Source: a virus. From it: a stretch of 64,000 nt of DNA. Location of the stretch: positions 1-64,000 of the IMG/VR virus record IMGVR_UViG_3300047552_000145. One strand, given 5' to 3'. Every line of letters starts with the position of its first letter. Within the stretch, counting starts at the first letter, position 1. Under the pieces are notes generated by a model that saw only the letters and a list, made by a program, of their open reading frames with translations, ran no database searches and had not been told where the DNA came from. Positions 15,781 through 25,260 of the stretch are shown here, one piece after another. A program made the position numbers and the translations under genes.

Positions 15781-16337
15781 TGAATAAATTAAACCTACAA
15801 CTTACCGACGGTGGAGATTCTAAACACTCGTTTTTCCTAATGATGGAAGAAATCAGTTTAGCTACTTGTAAGTCTGCCGTCGAGTGGATTCTTGAAGCTA
15901 ACTTTACCGAAGAACGACCAGAGATGCTTAATTTGATTATCACTTCTCCAGGTGGCGATTTAAACGCAGCATTCGCATTGATTGACGTTATGCGTGGTTC
16001 AGCTATTCCAGTTCGTACGATTGGTCTTGGTCAAATCGCTTCTGCTGGTCTTATGATTTTTATTGCTGGTGAAAAGGGACAACGCATCCTTACACCTAAT
16101 ACTTCAATTCTTTCTCACCAATACTCTTGGGGTGCTATTGGTAAAGAGCACGAATTGTTTGCTCAAATTAAAGAGTTTGACCTGACTACCAAAAAGGTTA
16201 TCGACCACTACAAGCGTTGTACTGGTCTTGCGGATAAAAAGATTCGCGAAGTTCTATTACCCCCACAAGACGTTTGGCTATCCCCCATTGAAGCCAAGAA
16301 ACTAGGTTTATGTGATGATGTTAAGGATCTAAAATGA
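15777..16337 (+). CDS. clpP: ClpP-like protease
   Basis: ITSPGG, GQIASAG (Ser), SHQ (His), QDVWLS..EA..LGLCD (Asp). Confidence 0.88.
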   Translation: MMNKLNLQLTDGGDSKHSFFLMMEEISLATCKSAVEWILEANFTEERPEMLNLIITSPGGDLNAAFALIDVMRGSAIPVRTIGLGQIASAGLMIFIAGEKGQRILTPNTSILSHQYSWGAIGKEHELFAQIKEFDLTTKKVIDHYKRCTGLADKKIREVLLPPQDVWLSPIEAKKLGLCDDVKDLK

Positions 16338-16546
16338 AAGCAGAATATATTGCTAGTCTTGTAGCTGTGACAGTCTCTATTACAGTTATTGTAACTGGTT
16401 TGACATATTACAACATCAAACGCGATGAATCAATGAAGTCAAACATTGAGTCTGCAATTGTTAAAGGTATTGACCCTGTTGCTGTGAAGTGCGCATATGG
16501 TAAAGCAGACTCTGTTTGTATCGTCTACGCTGCCAACAAGAAATAA
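16334..16546 (+). CDS. small membrane-anchored protein
   Basis: N-terminal TM, GIDPVAVKCAY. Confidence 0.7.
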   Translation: MKAEYIASLVAVTVSITVIVTGLTYYNIKRDESMKSNIESAIVKGIDPVAVKCAYGKADSVCIVYAANKK

Positions 16547-16547
16547 C

Positions 16548-16576
16548 TTTACTTACAACCAATTTTAGGGTATAAT
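16548..16576 (+). promoter_or_regulatory. sigma70-type promoter, leaderless
   Basis: TTTACT-N17-TATAAT-TATAGT-ATG(16583); TTAGGGTATAATTATAGTATGAA is identical to the 5348 promoter. Confidence 0.8.
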
Positions 16577-16582
16577 TATAGT

Positions 16583-16801
16583 ATGAAAACAAAAAGTGAA
16601 CTCATAAAAGAACGTGCTAATCTTCACATTGAGAAAATGAAAATGGATAAATTCTTTTCTCTTTTCTTGGAAAAGTTCGGTGATGAAATGGATCCCAAAT
16701 CACCGAACACCAAGGTGTGGACACTATACAGATCCAAATTAACAGAGTATGGTAAGGTTTCACAGTCTATTAAAAACTTAGATTATTGGATCTCTAAATG
16801 A
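16583..16801 (+). CDS. hypothetical protein
   Basis: ORF directly after the promoter. Confidence 0.7.
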   Translation: MKTKSELIKERANLHIEKMKMDKFFSLFLEKFGDEMDPKSPNTKVWTLYRSKLTEYGKVSQSIKNLDYWISK

Positions 16802-17016
16802 TGTTTAAAACTTCCAACCAATTTTCTTTGTATATTGAAAAGCAAGCTAGTGAAAGGCGTATCACTCATATGGACGCTGTATTAGAATATTGCAAAGAAA
16901 ACTTCTTAGAACCAGAAGATATTGCTTCTATGATTAATAAGTCCTTGAAGGACAAGATTGAAATGGACTTCCGTGATGCCAACATGCTCCCAAAACAAGC
17001 GCAACTTGATGTCTAA
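16798..17016 (+). CDS. gp33: late transcription coactivator gp33
   Basis: FSLYIE...MDAVLEYC.EN.LE.E.IA..I.KSLKDKIE; upstream of gp59 and gp32 as in T4. Confidence 0.85.
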   Translation: MMFKTSNQFSLYIEKQASERRITHMDAVLEYCKENFLEPEDIASMINKSLKDKIEMDFRDANMLPKQAQLDV

Positions 17017-17194
17017 TATTTTACTGGGCATCTTTGCGATTGCTTGGTTTGGTTTTGGTCTATATTGGATTATGAGTCAACCTAAACAATCTGTTGTAGT
17101 TTACAATTGCGAACTTTCTGAAATATCCCCAGACTTTCCCATTGAAGCTAAAGAACGTTGTAGAGTATTGAGAGCGCAGAATGGACGGTTTTAA
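17009..17194 (+). CDS. small membrane protein
   Basis: ATG17009, TM segment, YNC.LSEISPDFP...KERCR. Confidence 0.65.
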   Translation: MSNILLGIFAIAWFGFGLYWIMSQPKQSVVVYNCELSEISPDFPIEAKERCRVLRAQNGRF

Positions 17195-17792
17195 AGCATA
17201 CAAATATTACATGGCTGTAAAGTTACACTTCACATCCAAGAAGTATAATGTGTTTGAGACACGTGGACATGTAAAAGGTACTCGCGATGCGTTTAACGCA
17301 CGCAATGACAGATATATCTTTGAGAAATTAGCGCAGAAATATAATGACGATAAAGAGATTATTCAATTCTTTGTTTCCAACTTTGCTTATAGTAATGACA
17401 CTGCGATTTACGGAAACAGCGAAGCTGAAGAACTATACTCGGAATGGAAACGTCGCAAACAGTCTATTAGTAAGATATTTGTAGACGACCTTACCAATGT
17501 TATGAATATGTGCGACGTTCACAAATTTAATGTTGATGGAATTTTCAAGGTTGTAGATGGTGATTTACCAGTATTGACTTCCATGTTTCTTTCAGGTAAA
17601 ATAACTATTGAGACCTTGAGGATTATTGATGATATTGAACCATTCATCAATACTTGGGAAAACGATCCTATGATAAAGATCGTGTTGGGTGACAAACTTC
17701 TTCGTGCTGAAAAACTCAAAGGTTTTGTAAAGTACGATAAAGAAAAAGCCACCAAAGTTTTTAATCATTTTAAAGAAGAGCTATCTCTGTAA
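17181..17792 (+). CDS. gp59: helicase loader gp59
   Basis: AYKYYMAVKLHF..KYN, F..RND.YIFEKL, ITIETL; synteny. Confidence 0.88.
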   Translation: MDGFKAYKYYMAVKLHFTSKKYNVFETRGHVKGTRDAFNARNDRYIFEKLAQKYNDDKEIIQFFVSNFAYSNDTAIYGNSEAEELYSEWKRRKQSISKIFVDDLTNVMNMCDVHKFNVDGIFKVVDGDLPVLTSMFLSGKITIETLRIIDDIEPFINTWENDPMIKIVLGDKLLRAEKLKGFVKYDKEKATKVFNHFKEELSL

Positions 17793-17796
17793 TATC

Positions 17797-18021
17797 ATGG
17801 GTAAGACCTACCATAAACAATCTAGTCGTTACGACGATGAACCCTCTAGCCGTTCGGGTAAAAATTCTAAACACTCAAATAATCGTAAAGGTGGTGGAAT
17901 GAGAACGCTAAATAGCTATGTTGAAGAAGATATTAACTTTAACGATGAAGACATCTTCGATGATGACTTTGGAGTTGAGGATGAGATTCAGATTCGACAC
18001 ATACAAAACGATAAACCGTAA
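17797..18021 (+). CDS. hypothetical protein (basic N-terminus, acidic C-terminus)
   Basis: ORF between gp59 and gp32. Confidence 0.65.
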   Translation: MGKTYHKQSSRYDDEPSSRSGKNSKHSNNRKGGGMRTLNSYVEEDINFNDEDIFDDDFGVEDEIQIRHIQNDKP

Positions 18022-18048
18022 TACAATTACATACAAAGGAAAATACAA

Positions 18049-18969
18049 ATGGATATTCAAACACTTCGCAAAATGCGTTCTAACGACTTCGGCAGCATTT
18101 CTAATGCTTTTGAGAAGATCGCAAACCCTTCTACTGAATCCAAAGGTTATGCAGATGACCGCTTCTGGAAACTAGAAGGCGACAAAGCAGGCAACGGCAC
18201 TGCTACTATTCGATTCCTCCCACGTGTAGAAGGTGATGAACTCCCATGGGTTCGCGTCTTCAGCCATGGTTTCCAAGGACCAACTGGTAAGTGGTACATC
18301 GAAAACTCCCTAACTACTCTCGGTGAACAAGACCCTGTTAGCGAACTAAACACTCAACTCTGGAACTCTGGCGTTGAAGCTAACAAGAAGATTGCGCAAA
18401 ACCAAAAGCGTCGTCTGTCTTATATCGCCAACGTTCTGATTGTTTCTGATCCGAAGCATCCAGAGAACGAGGGTAAGGTTATGCTCTTCAAGTTTGGTAA
18501 GAAGATCTTTGATAAAATCATGGATAAGGCTCGCCCAACTTTCGAAGACGAAAAGCCAGTCAACGTGTTTGACTTCTGGGAAGGTGCTAACTTTAAACTG
18601 CGTATGCGCAAGAAGGACGGCTTCACTAACTATGATGAGTCTGCGTTCCAAGAGCCTTCTGCTCTGGGTGATGACGACAAGATCGTTGAGGTTGCTCAAG
18701 CGCAACATAAGTTGTCTGAATTCTTGGATCGTAAGAACTTCAAGTCTTACGCTGATCTAAAGAAGAAGTTGGATGAGGTTCTTTCTGGTGATGGTTTCAA
18801 TGCTAAGTCTGCTGCAGAATTGGCTAAAGATGAACCAGCTTCTATGGAAGCACCTGAGCCAGCGAAAGCTGCACCAGCGTTCACACCAAAGACATCTGCT
18901 AAACCAGCAATGGATGAAGATGATGAAGATGTAATGTCTTACTTTGAGAAGATCGCTAAAGAAGACTAA
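18049..18969 (+). CDS. gp32: single-stranded DNA-binding protein gp32
   Basis: DDRFWK, GNG.A.IRFLP, HGFQGPTGKWYIENSLTT, FGKKIFDKI, NYDES.F, acidic tail. Confidence 0.96.
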   Translation: MDIQTLRKMRSNDFGSISNAFEKIANPSTESKGYADDRFWKLEGDKAGNGTATIRFLPRVEGDELPWVRVFSHGFQGPTGKWYIENSLTTLGEQDPVSELNTQLWNSGVEANKKIAQNQKRRLSYIANVLIVSDPKHPENEGKVMLFKFGKKIFDKIMDKARPTFEDEKPVNVFDFWEGANFKLRMRKKDGFTNYDESAFQEPSALGDDDKIVEVAQAQHKLSEFLDRKNFKSYADLKKKLDEVLSGDGFNAKSAAELAKDEPASMEAPEPAKAAPAFTPKTSAKPAMDEDDEDVMSYFEKIAKED

Positions 18970-18981
18970 TAAGTCTTAGTC

Positions 18982-19013
18982 AAAAAGAAAAGGGAGCTAA
19001 AAGCTCCCTTTTT
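18982..19013. terminator. bidirectional intrinsic terminator
   Basis: AAAAGGGAGCT-AAA-AGCTCCCTTTT between convergent genes. Confidence 0.85.
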
Positions 19014-19015
19014 CA

Positions 19016-20911
19016 TTACGCGAATCGTCTTTGTAGGTATTTGTTATAACTCGATTCAGTATTACGAACCTGAGGTTTAACAACGTTCGTTTGAGTGCTA
19101 TTAGAAACAGTGGTTGGAGCATTAACAATAGCACCGCCACCTTTCTTACCATCAACTTTGGCTTGTTCGTCGGCATTACCCTTTGATGCATTATATACTC
19201 TAGCACCTGCGACAGACATAGCACCACCCGCTGCAGCGAACTTAGTTGCTTGTTCCCATGGAAAGTCTTTAACTGCTTTCATAGAGTTTGAATCTACTTT
19301 GGCAAATTCCTTCATTGCTCCAGACATAGCACCAAGACCATCAGCCGCATCTTTAACACCTTGACCAACTGTTCCAATCTTAATAAGTTGTTCCACTGGC
19401 GAATCTTGACCAACAGTTAACAAATTACCAACTAGGGTGCCAAGACCTCCAACTGCTTGACCAGCACCAAAAGCAGCAATTGCGGCACCAAGAGCAGCAA
19501 CGCCAGCGGCAACACCTAGTAGGTTGTCACCATTCACTGCAGCTAATCGTTCAATACCAGAAGTGAAGGCTTCCAATCCAGCGCCCATCTGTTCCATCGC
19601 AGCGCCAATTACCCACACAGCACCGCCAAGACCAGTTAGAGCAAGAGCGCCAACACCAAGCATTGGCGCCAATGAACCAGCTAAAGCACCTGCGCCAATT
19701 AGAGCAGCGATAGTAACGCCAGCTTTTCCTAACGTTTCCCAGTCTAAGTTTGCGAAGTTTTCAAGGGCTTTACTCATACCCCACACAACTGCAGTTAGTA
19801 AACCCATGACTGCGATACCAGCAACCGTCTTGGCAGAAGCGAACATCTTGATGCCATCTGATAAACCACCAAGGATACCTTTGAAGATGGAACCGATCCC
19901 GTCACCAATACCTTTACCAATAGCAGAAACGCCAGAACCAAGAGCACCCATAGTATCACTGATACCAGATGCTAGTTTACCAATACTGCTGCGTGGTTTA
20001 GCAGCCTTACCAGAATCTTCACCACCACCCGCAGAAGAACTAGTAATACCTGCCATTGCTGCCGTATTATTAGCTATCTGTTGTAACAAGTCCATTTGAC
20101 CTGCAGTCAAGCGGAGCATCTCAGCTTCATTTTCTTTCTTGACTTGTTGTTCAGCTAATACGTCAGTTGTTGATTGTGCAACTTTACCTTTATCCGAAGG
20201 GGTTTCTGGTAGTTTAGCCGATGGTTGATCGCCAGTAAAACCTTTTGGTCTAGCTATGCCAGAATCTTTTACTGATTTTAATGCCTTGTCGCGTGTTTTG
20301 AATAATTCTGGTTTATTCTTTCTGATATCATCTTCACTAGCACCCATCTTTTTAAGACGGTCAATCTCTTCTTGAGATCTAAGTGCAGTTCTTTCATCAG
20401 TACGCTTTTGCTTAGAAGCCTTCAATAATTCCTTATCAGTACGACCGTCACCCTGCGCTTTCATACGTTTGACGTAATCATAATCAGATTGTTTGTCTCG
20501 TACACCCTTGAACATTGAGAATGGACCAAGCATGGCTTTCTTGATAGTATTAGGGTCAAGAGCGCTCTGAAGGTTACGCTTCATGTCCTTAAATTTATCA
20601 CCGACAGTCTTCCAGTCTTTGTTGCCTTTTTGTAAGGCTTCAATCTGCTTATTTTGTCCGTCAGCTATTTTCTTAAGGAAAGCTGCTTGATCTTTTTGTA
20701 GTTCTAGTTGAGCTTGCTGAATCTTAAGAGACATTAAGGTTTTAGCGTCGCTCTGGTTTGAACCAGCGTCGTTTTGACCACTAGCTTGAATTTGTTGAAG
20801 GGCTTGGGACTGCTGGTCGAGCACAGCCGTGATTTGACCAAGAGCATTGTTGGCTTTACCCATGCCCCTTGCTATGGTTTTAATTGGTCCCTTACCGCCT
20901 CTTTTTGCCAT
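19016..20911 (-). CDS. tail length/baseplate hub (tape-measure-like, gp29 position) protein
   Basis: Coiled coil plus long Ala/Gly hydrophobic region; follows gp51 and gp26. Confidence 0.6.
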   Translation of the reverse strand: MAKRGGKGPIKTIARGMGKANNALGQITAVLDQQSQALQQIQASGQNDAGSNQSDAKTLMSLKIQQAQLELQKDQAAFLKKIADGQNKQIEALQKGNKDWKTVGDKFKDMKRNLQSALDPNTIKKAMLGPFSMFKGVRDKQSDYDYVKRMKAQGDGRTDKELLKASKQKRTDERTALRSQEEIDRLKKMGASEDDIRKNKPELFKTRDKALKSVKDSGIARPKGFTGDQPSAKLPETPSDKGKVAQSTTDVLAEQQVKKENEAEMLRLTAGQMDLLQQIANNTAAMAGITSSSAGGGEDSGKAAKPRSSIGKLASGISDTMGALGSGVSAIGKGIGDGIGSIFKGILGGLSDGIKMFASAKTVAGIAVMGLLTAVVWGMSKALENFANLDWETLGKAGVTIAALIGAGALAGSLAPMLGVGALALTGLGGAVWVIGAAMEQMGAGLEAFTSGIERLAAVNGDNLLGVAAGVAALGAAIAAFGAGQAVGGLGTLVGNLLTVGQDSPVEQLIKIGTVGQGVKDAADGLGAMSGAMKEFAKVDSNSMKAVKDFPWEQATKFAAAGGAMSVAGARVYNASKGNADEQAKVDGKKGGGAIVNAPTTVSNSTQTNVVKPQVRNTESSYNKYLQRRFA

Positions 20912-20914
20912 TTC

Positions 20915-21100
20915 TTACATCCTCTTTTTGGATTCGATCCGTTGTTTTTCTTCTTCTAGATATTGGACTAACATAGCAACGTATAGCTCTCGTTCAAAAG
21001 GAAGCATTCCTTCCAACTCCGCCAAACTATATTTATGATATTGCATCAATGCAAAGTTCATCCTATAATAGTTCTCCAGAGATTCATGACCGAGAGCCAT
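20915..21100 (-). CDS. gp51: baseplate hub assembly protein gp51-like
   Basis: LENYYRMNFALMQYHKYSLAELE.MLPFERE.Y. Confidence 0.85.
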   Translation of the reverse strand: MALGHESLENYYRMNFALMQYHKYSLAELEGMLPFERELYVAMLVQYLEEEKQRIESKKRM

Positions 21101-21816
21101 TAGAAAAAACTTTGCAAACCTTCCAATACCTTATGGTGTTCTTTACCACAAATTGGGCACTTATACTCAACCTTTGTGGAAATTTTAGGCATAGTCTCAA
21201 AGAACAATTGAATCTTAGCAAACTGTTCTGATGTCAGGTTATTCAAGAACTGCAATAATTCTTCTTTCTTTGTTTCATGCCCATAATATACTTCATCTCC
21301 ATCATATATACAGTCGATCAAATCTGCCACTAGGTTAAATACTTCCTCAACATCACCTGTGTCTTTTAGCAAGTCTTGTGTTTCAAGTGAAGGATATTTC
21401 ATTATGATACCAACTTTATTGAACAGGTCAATTTTGTTAGTGTGTCCATCTGGGACAGATACTTGTAGATCGCTGACGTTGATAGTCACCTTACTTCTAG
21501 CTTTTTCGTTTTGTTCGCCATGGTCTTCGTCGCACTGGAACAATAGGTCAATGGTTTCACCAACAGACTTACCACGAATTTGAAGAAACATATATTCAAT
21601 ATCAAAGATCGCCAATTTATTGACATCAATCTTGTCTTGAATTACGCTGCTGAATACGTTCTTAAGCGTGTCGACCATTACTGTTGGGTCTTCAGATTGC
21701 TGAGCAATTAGAAGTGCTTTTTCTTCCTTAACAACAAACGGTCTAAATCGAACAGTTTTTCCAGTTGATGGAATAACCATGTTAAATGTTGGTTGGGTGT
21801 TCATTGGTAAAGCCAT
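21100..21816 (-). CDS. gp26: baseplate hub subunit gp26
   Basis: MALP, RPFVVKEEK.LL, FDIEY.FLQIR.KSVGE, MKYP, FFETMPK, LEGL.SFF. Confidence 0.9.
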   Translation of the reverse strand: MALPMNTQPTFNMVIPSTGKTVRFRPFVVKEEKALLIAQQSEDPTVMVDTLKNVFSSVIQDKIDVNKLAIFDIEYMFLQIRGKSVGETIDLLFQCDEDHGEQNEKARSKVTINVSDLQVSVPDGHTNKIDLFNKVGIIMKYPSLETQDLLKDTGDVEEVFNLVADLIDCIYDGDEVYYGHETKKEELLQFLNNLTSEQFAKIQLFFETMPKISTKVEYKCPICGKEHHKVLEGLQSFF

Positions 21817-21817
21817 A

Positions 21818-22246
21818 TTATTCTCCTGTCATTTTCTTAATCATCTTGCTCAAATCAGCAGTGCTACCCACAAAGATAGCGTTATTGTGTGTTATTTCTT
21901 TAGAAGCTGTTCCCTTAGTAGGTTCTTCTAGTTTCTTTTTCTGTTGGTGAACATCCATCAGTTGTTGGTTTATATCAGCGAGTTGTTTCATCAACCCACC
22001 AACAACCTCAAACGCACGTGGGTGTTCGGAAGACTTAGCAACAGACAACGCTGTTTCTAAAGCAGATTTACCCTGCATCAGAAGTTCGCGTAGATTATTT
22101 CTAGCGTGGTCGTAGTCATCATCTATTTTAGCAGATGATGGTGAAGGATCTCCAACTGCTGGGAGAACCTCGACTGGTTGCTCATTCATAGGTTCAATAT
22201 CAAATACTTTTGACAAAGACTCATCAGTGTTCATATACAAATCCAA
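21818..22246 (-). CDS. gp16: terminase small subunit gp16-like
   Basis: DYDHARNNL..L...G..AL...L.VA..SEHPRAFEV, NNAIFVGST.DL. Confidence 0.8.
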   Translation of the reverse strand: MDLYMNTDESLSKVFDIEPMNEQPVEVLPAVGDPSPSSAKIDDDYDHARNNLRELLMQGKSALETALSVAKSSEHPRAFEVVGGLMKQLADINQQLMDVHQQKKKLEEPTKGTASKEITHNNAIFVGSTADLSKMIKKMTGE

Positions 22247-22249
22247 AAA

Positions 22250-22966
22250 TTAAAAACGAATGCCAGGTAATCTACTTGTAACTTGAGAGAACCCACGCAT
22301 AGCATATTGTCCAACTGCACCAGTAACAAAGTTTCCAGCTTCACCAAGACCTTTAAGGTATTTCTGTTGGAATCCAGCGAAGTTATCTAAGTAACCTTTA
22401 AACCCACCAGCAGTCTTTTCTAGTTGAGTGTATGGATCTTGTTCGATAGGTACAGCGTACCAATACTTATATTGGAAAGTAACATCCAATCTCATAGTAT
22501 CATTGTTGTTCTGGGAATCCAGCGAAACAGCACTAATAGATTTAGGATATGCTTCATATAGTTGAACGAGGTATGTAACTTTATCCTCTAAGTCTTGGAT
22601 GCGAATAGTCATAGGAGTTACATAATCATTATACCAACCGATAGTTCTATCCATTGGATTTATGATGTGTTGAGACCAAACATCGAAGATACTCTTAACG
22701 GTCATCATACGATCTACGTGGAATGTTAGCGTTACTGGCTCAAACATTCTATCATAAACTACTTCGCGTGTTTCGCCATATGAACGGTTAGCAGTTGTGG
22801 CGAAATTGATCCCAGGTAGAGAAGCCTTCTCGCAGAAAAGCAACATGCGTTTTGTCATTTCAGGCATAGCTTTTGGTGGTGTGAAATCGACAGTAAAGCG
22901 GTTAGTACGAGCTATACCCTTCGTCTTGATCTCCGCAATAAAATCTTTTTGTCTATTTGAAGCCAT
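22250..22966 (-). CDS. baseplate tail-tube initiator gp54-like (tube fold)
   Basis: GIARTNRF.V, CE.ASLPG, LYEAYPKSI, VTFQYKYW. Confidence 0.7.
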   Translation of the reverse strand: MASNRQKDFIAEIKTKGIARTNRFTVDFTPPKAMPEMTKRMLLFCEKASLPGINFATTANRSYGETREVVYDRMFEPVTLTFHVDRMMTVKSIFDVWSQHIINPMDRTIGWYNDYVTPMTIRIQDLEDKVTYLVQLYEAYPKSISAVSLDSQNNNDTMRLDVTFQYKYWYAVPIEQDPYTQLEKTAGGFKGYLDNFAGFQQKYLKGLGEAGNFVTGAVGQYAMRGFSQVTSRLPGIRF

Positions 22967-23614
22967 TTATTTTTTCTTCTTTCTCTTCATCGAGTTTACA
23001 TATTGACGAGACTTATCCCAAATTCTATCATCAGGCATCTTAACGAATTGTTCAACTGGTAATAGAACAGCAGTAGCCCAGTCATATGCTCGAATTTCTC
23101 TGAACGTAGACCTTAACCCACCGAAGTTATAATTATGAAAAGCTGGAACTGCAGCAGCGAATTTCTGGACACCTTTAATAGCTGCCCAACTATATTTGAT
23201 ACGAGTGTTTTCGTCCATCTTAGCATTAGTTTTATATTGCATTAGATAATACAATAACTGCATTCGCATTTGGTATGGCAGGTAGTGAAAGTTGATTCCA
23301 CTGAAACCGCTAATTGATCGTTTGTATAGTAGTGTACATGGGAAGCGGTCAAAGTATGGAATTGACGACTTATATAATGGGTCATAGATGTACATATACA
23401 TCTTCCCTGGCATCAGTTTAGTAGTTAGTTGGGTTGGGTTGCCTTTTAGAACCGCCCATGGACTATTAATCTGTTTCATCAGCAAAATCATTTGCTGTTC
23501 GTACCATGCCTTGGATTTACGGAAAGCTGTTTTTAGATCGTACTTGTTCTTCTCGAAAATATCGAGAGCAGCAATCTGGGCAGCAGTTCGACTTTGTTTA
23601 ATCTGAGTAGGCAT
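22967..23614 (-). CDS. gp2: DNA end protector gp2
   Basis: PGKMY.Y.YDP..K..PY.D.FP, GINFHYLP, W.TAV.LP..QF; CTAAATA promoter at 23621-23627 (-). Confidence 0.85.
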   Translation of the reverse strand: MPTQIKQSRTAAQIAALDIFEKNKYDLKTAFRKSKAWYEQQMILLMKQINSPWAVLKGNPTQLTTKLMPGKMYMYIYDPLYKSSIPYFDRFPCTLLYKRSISGFSGINFHYLPYQMRMQLLYYLMQYKTNAKMDENTRIKYSWAAIKGVQKFAAAVPAFHNYNFGGLRSTFREIRAYDWATAVLLPVEQFVKMPDDRIWDKSRQYVNSMKRKKKK

Positions 23615-23628
23615 ATTGACTATTTAGG

Positions 23629-24063
23629 TCAAACGCCCAATTCCTTTTCAGTTATAACTTTGAACTCCCACCCACGATCTTTAGCGTATTCTGTGGCAGC
23701 CTTCCACTTAGCTTGGTTCTTTATAAAACTATAAGACTCAGCTAAATAACGCTGAGTTCTGCGCCCAGGGAATACAGGCGGAGCAGTTTGTTTTAGAGGT
23801 TTAATTTCTATCAAATAAGTTCTAGTTGACCCGTCTTTTTGTTGAACTTTTATCTTAAAATCTATAAAATAGCGATGTAACTTATTATCAGTTGGGCAGA
23901 CGTAAGGGATGACGGTTTCTTCCGAACTCCAACGAATTATAGATGGATTTGAGTCACACCATTTAGCGAATCTTCTTTCCCATGAAGATCTACATATGAT
24001 GTTGGAAACATCCCCTGAATATTTTTCAGGGTGTATCGGAACATATCTTGATTTATGGAACAT
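23629..24063 (-). CDS. gp4: head completion nuclease gp4
   Basis: Start MFHKSRY; P.KY.GD, RSSWE, W.SEE..IPY, HRYF.DF, EIKP, NQAKW.AA. Confidence 0.92.
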   Translation of the reverse strand: MFHKSRYVPIHPEKYSGDVSNIICRSSWERRFAKWCDSNPSIIRWSSEETVIPYVCPTDNKLHRYFIDFKIKVQQKDGSTRTYLIEIKPLKQTAPPVFPGRRTQRYLAESYSFIKNQAKWKAATEYAKDRGWEFKVITEKELGV

Positions 24064-24072
24064 AAATAAATA
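24061..24072 (+). promoter_or_regulatory. T4-type late promoter(s)
   Basis: Overlapping CATAAATA/AATAAATA upstream of the rightward baseplate operon. Confidence 0.65.
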
Positions 24073-24101
24073 ATCAAATAAGAATAATTTAGGAAACCTA
24101 A

Positions 24102-25259
24102 ATGGCAAACATAGTCGATTATATTAGAGATGGAGTTACATCTGCTAAGACTACAGTTTCAGACTACATCACAGGTGCAGCTGATAGAGTTAAAGGTATT
24201 GCTGGTGGCGTTAAGGATGCAGCGACAAAAGCTGTCAACCCACCAAGAGGTGACTGGATCAACAACACCAGAAAAAACTACGAAGTGAATAAGTACAAGG
24301 TGGATCAACACTCATATCCAATGGACTTGTTGTCACCTATTTATGGCGGAAACTATGCGATTTTCTATATCAACGTTTCGGATGCATCAAGACTGGCATT
24401 GACTGAAGAGACTGTAGATCTAAACCCTAAAACTGAAGCTCGTATGCGTAACTCTCTAGTTGGTAATGCTAAGAGATTAGAGAATTTGTTTGATGCTGGT
24501 GTCGGTAAAGCGAACGAGGTTTTACCAGAAGCTGCTAACATCAACATTGATGCTATTAAGAATGCTGTGCCATTCAATGGTAGAAGCCAACGCAGATTAA
24601 AAACCGCTATTGCTTTACATGTACCCAATCAGTTAAGCGTTCGTTATGCAACTACATGGGGTACAGCAGAAAACACTGCTGGTGCTCAGGCACTTATGTC
24701 CGCTGGTAGTTCAGTTGGTGAAGCTCTTGCTAATAACCCAACTGCTGCTGTAAAGAACTTAACTGATGCCGCTGCTACTGGTGCCGAGGCATTTGTCGCT
24801 AATAGAATGGCCAACAACAAATATTCCCAAATTATTTCAGCAGCTACTGGTACTGCAGCGAACCCTAAAAAAGAACAGGTGTTCGAGGGTGTAGAATTCC
24901 GCAAGTTTGCGTTCGACTATCAATTCTATCCAAGAGATGAGTTTGAAGCTGAGAACGTTTTGAATATTATTCACCAATTCAAACTACATATGCACCCTGA
25001 GTTCAAAAGCGAGTTAAACTATGTTTGGATTTACCCTTCTGAGTTTGATATCACGTATTACACAAATGGTGCAGAGAACCTTAATCTCCACAAGCACACT
25101 TCTTGTATCTTAGAGAGTATGAACGTCAACTATACACCGAACGGCAATTTCTCTGTATTTGCTAATGGTATGCCGACTCAAATTAACTTATCTCTAGAGT
25201 TTAGAGAACTACAACTTGCATCCAAAGAAACTATTGGTTTAACTCCAGGAGGTCTATAA
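24102..25259 (+). CDS. gp48: baseplate tail-tube cap gp48
   Basis: YP.DL, IAL..P, NP..EQ.F.GV.FR.F.F.Y.F.P, YP.EFDI, F..G.P....L.L.F.E. Confidence 0.85.
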   Translation: MANIVDYIRDGVTSAKTTVSDYITGAADRVKGIAGGVKDAATKAVNPPRGDWINNTRKNYEVNKYKVDQHSYPMDLLSPIYGGNYAIFYINVSDASRLALTEETVDLNPKTEARMRNSLVGNAKRLENLFDAGVGKANEVLPEAANINIDAIKNAVPFNGRSQRRLKTAIALHVPNQLSVRYATTWGTAENTAGAQALMSAGSSVGEALANNPTAAVKNLTDAAATGAEAFVANRMANNKYSQIISAATGTAANPKKEQVFEGVEFRKFAFDYQFYPRDEFEAENVLNIIHQFKLHMHPEFKSELNYVWIYPSEFDITYYTNGAENLNLHKHTSCILESMNVNYTPNGNFSVFANGMPTQINLSLEFRELQLASKETIGLTPGGL

Positions 25260-25260
25260 T

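Noticed and set aside
19095-20099. Plus-strand ORFs 19095..19364 and 19524..20099
   Set aside because: Antisense shadows of the Ala/Gly-rich minus-strand gene
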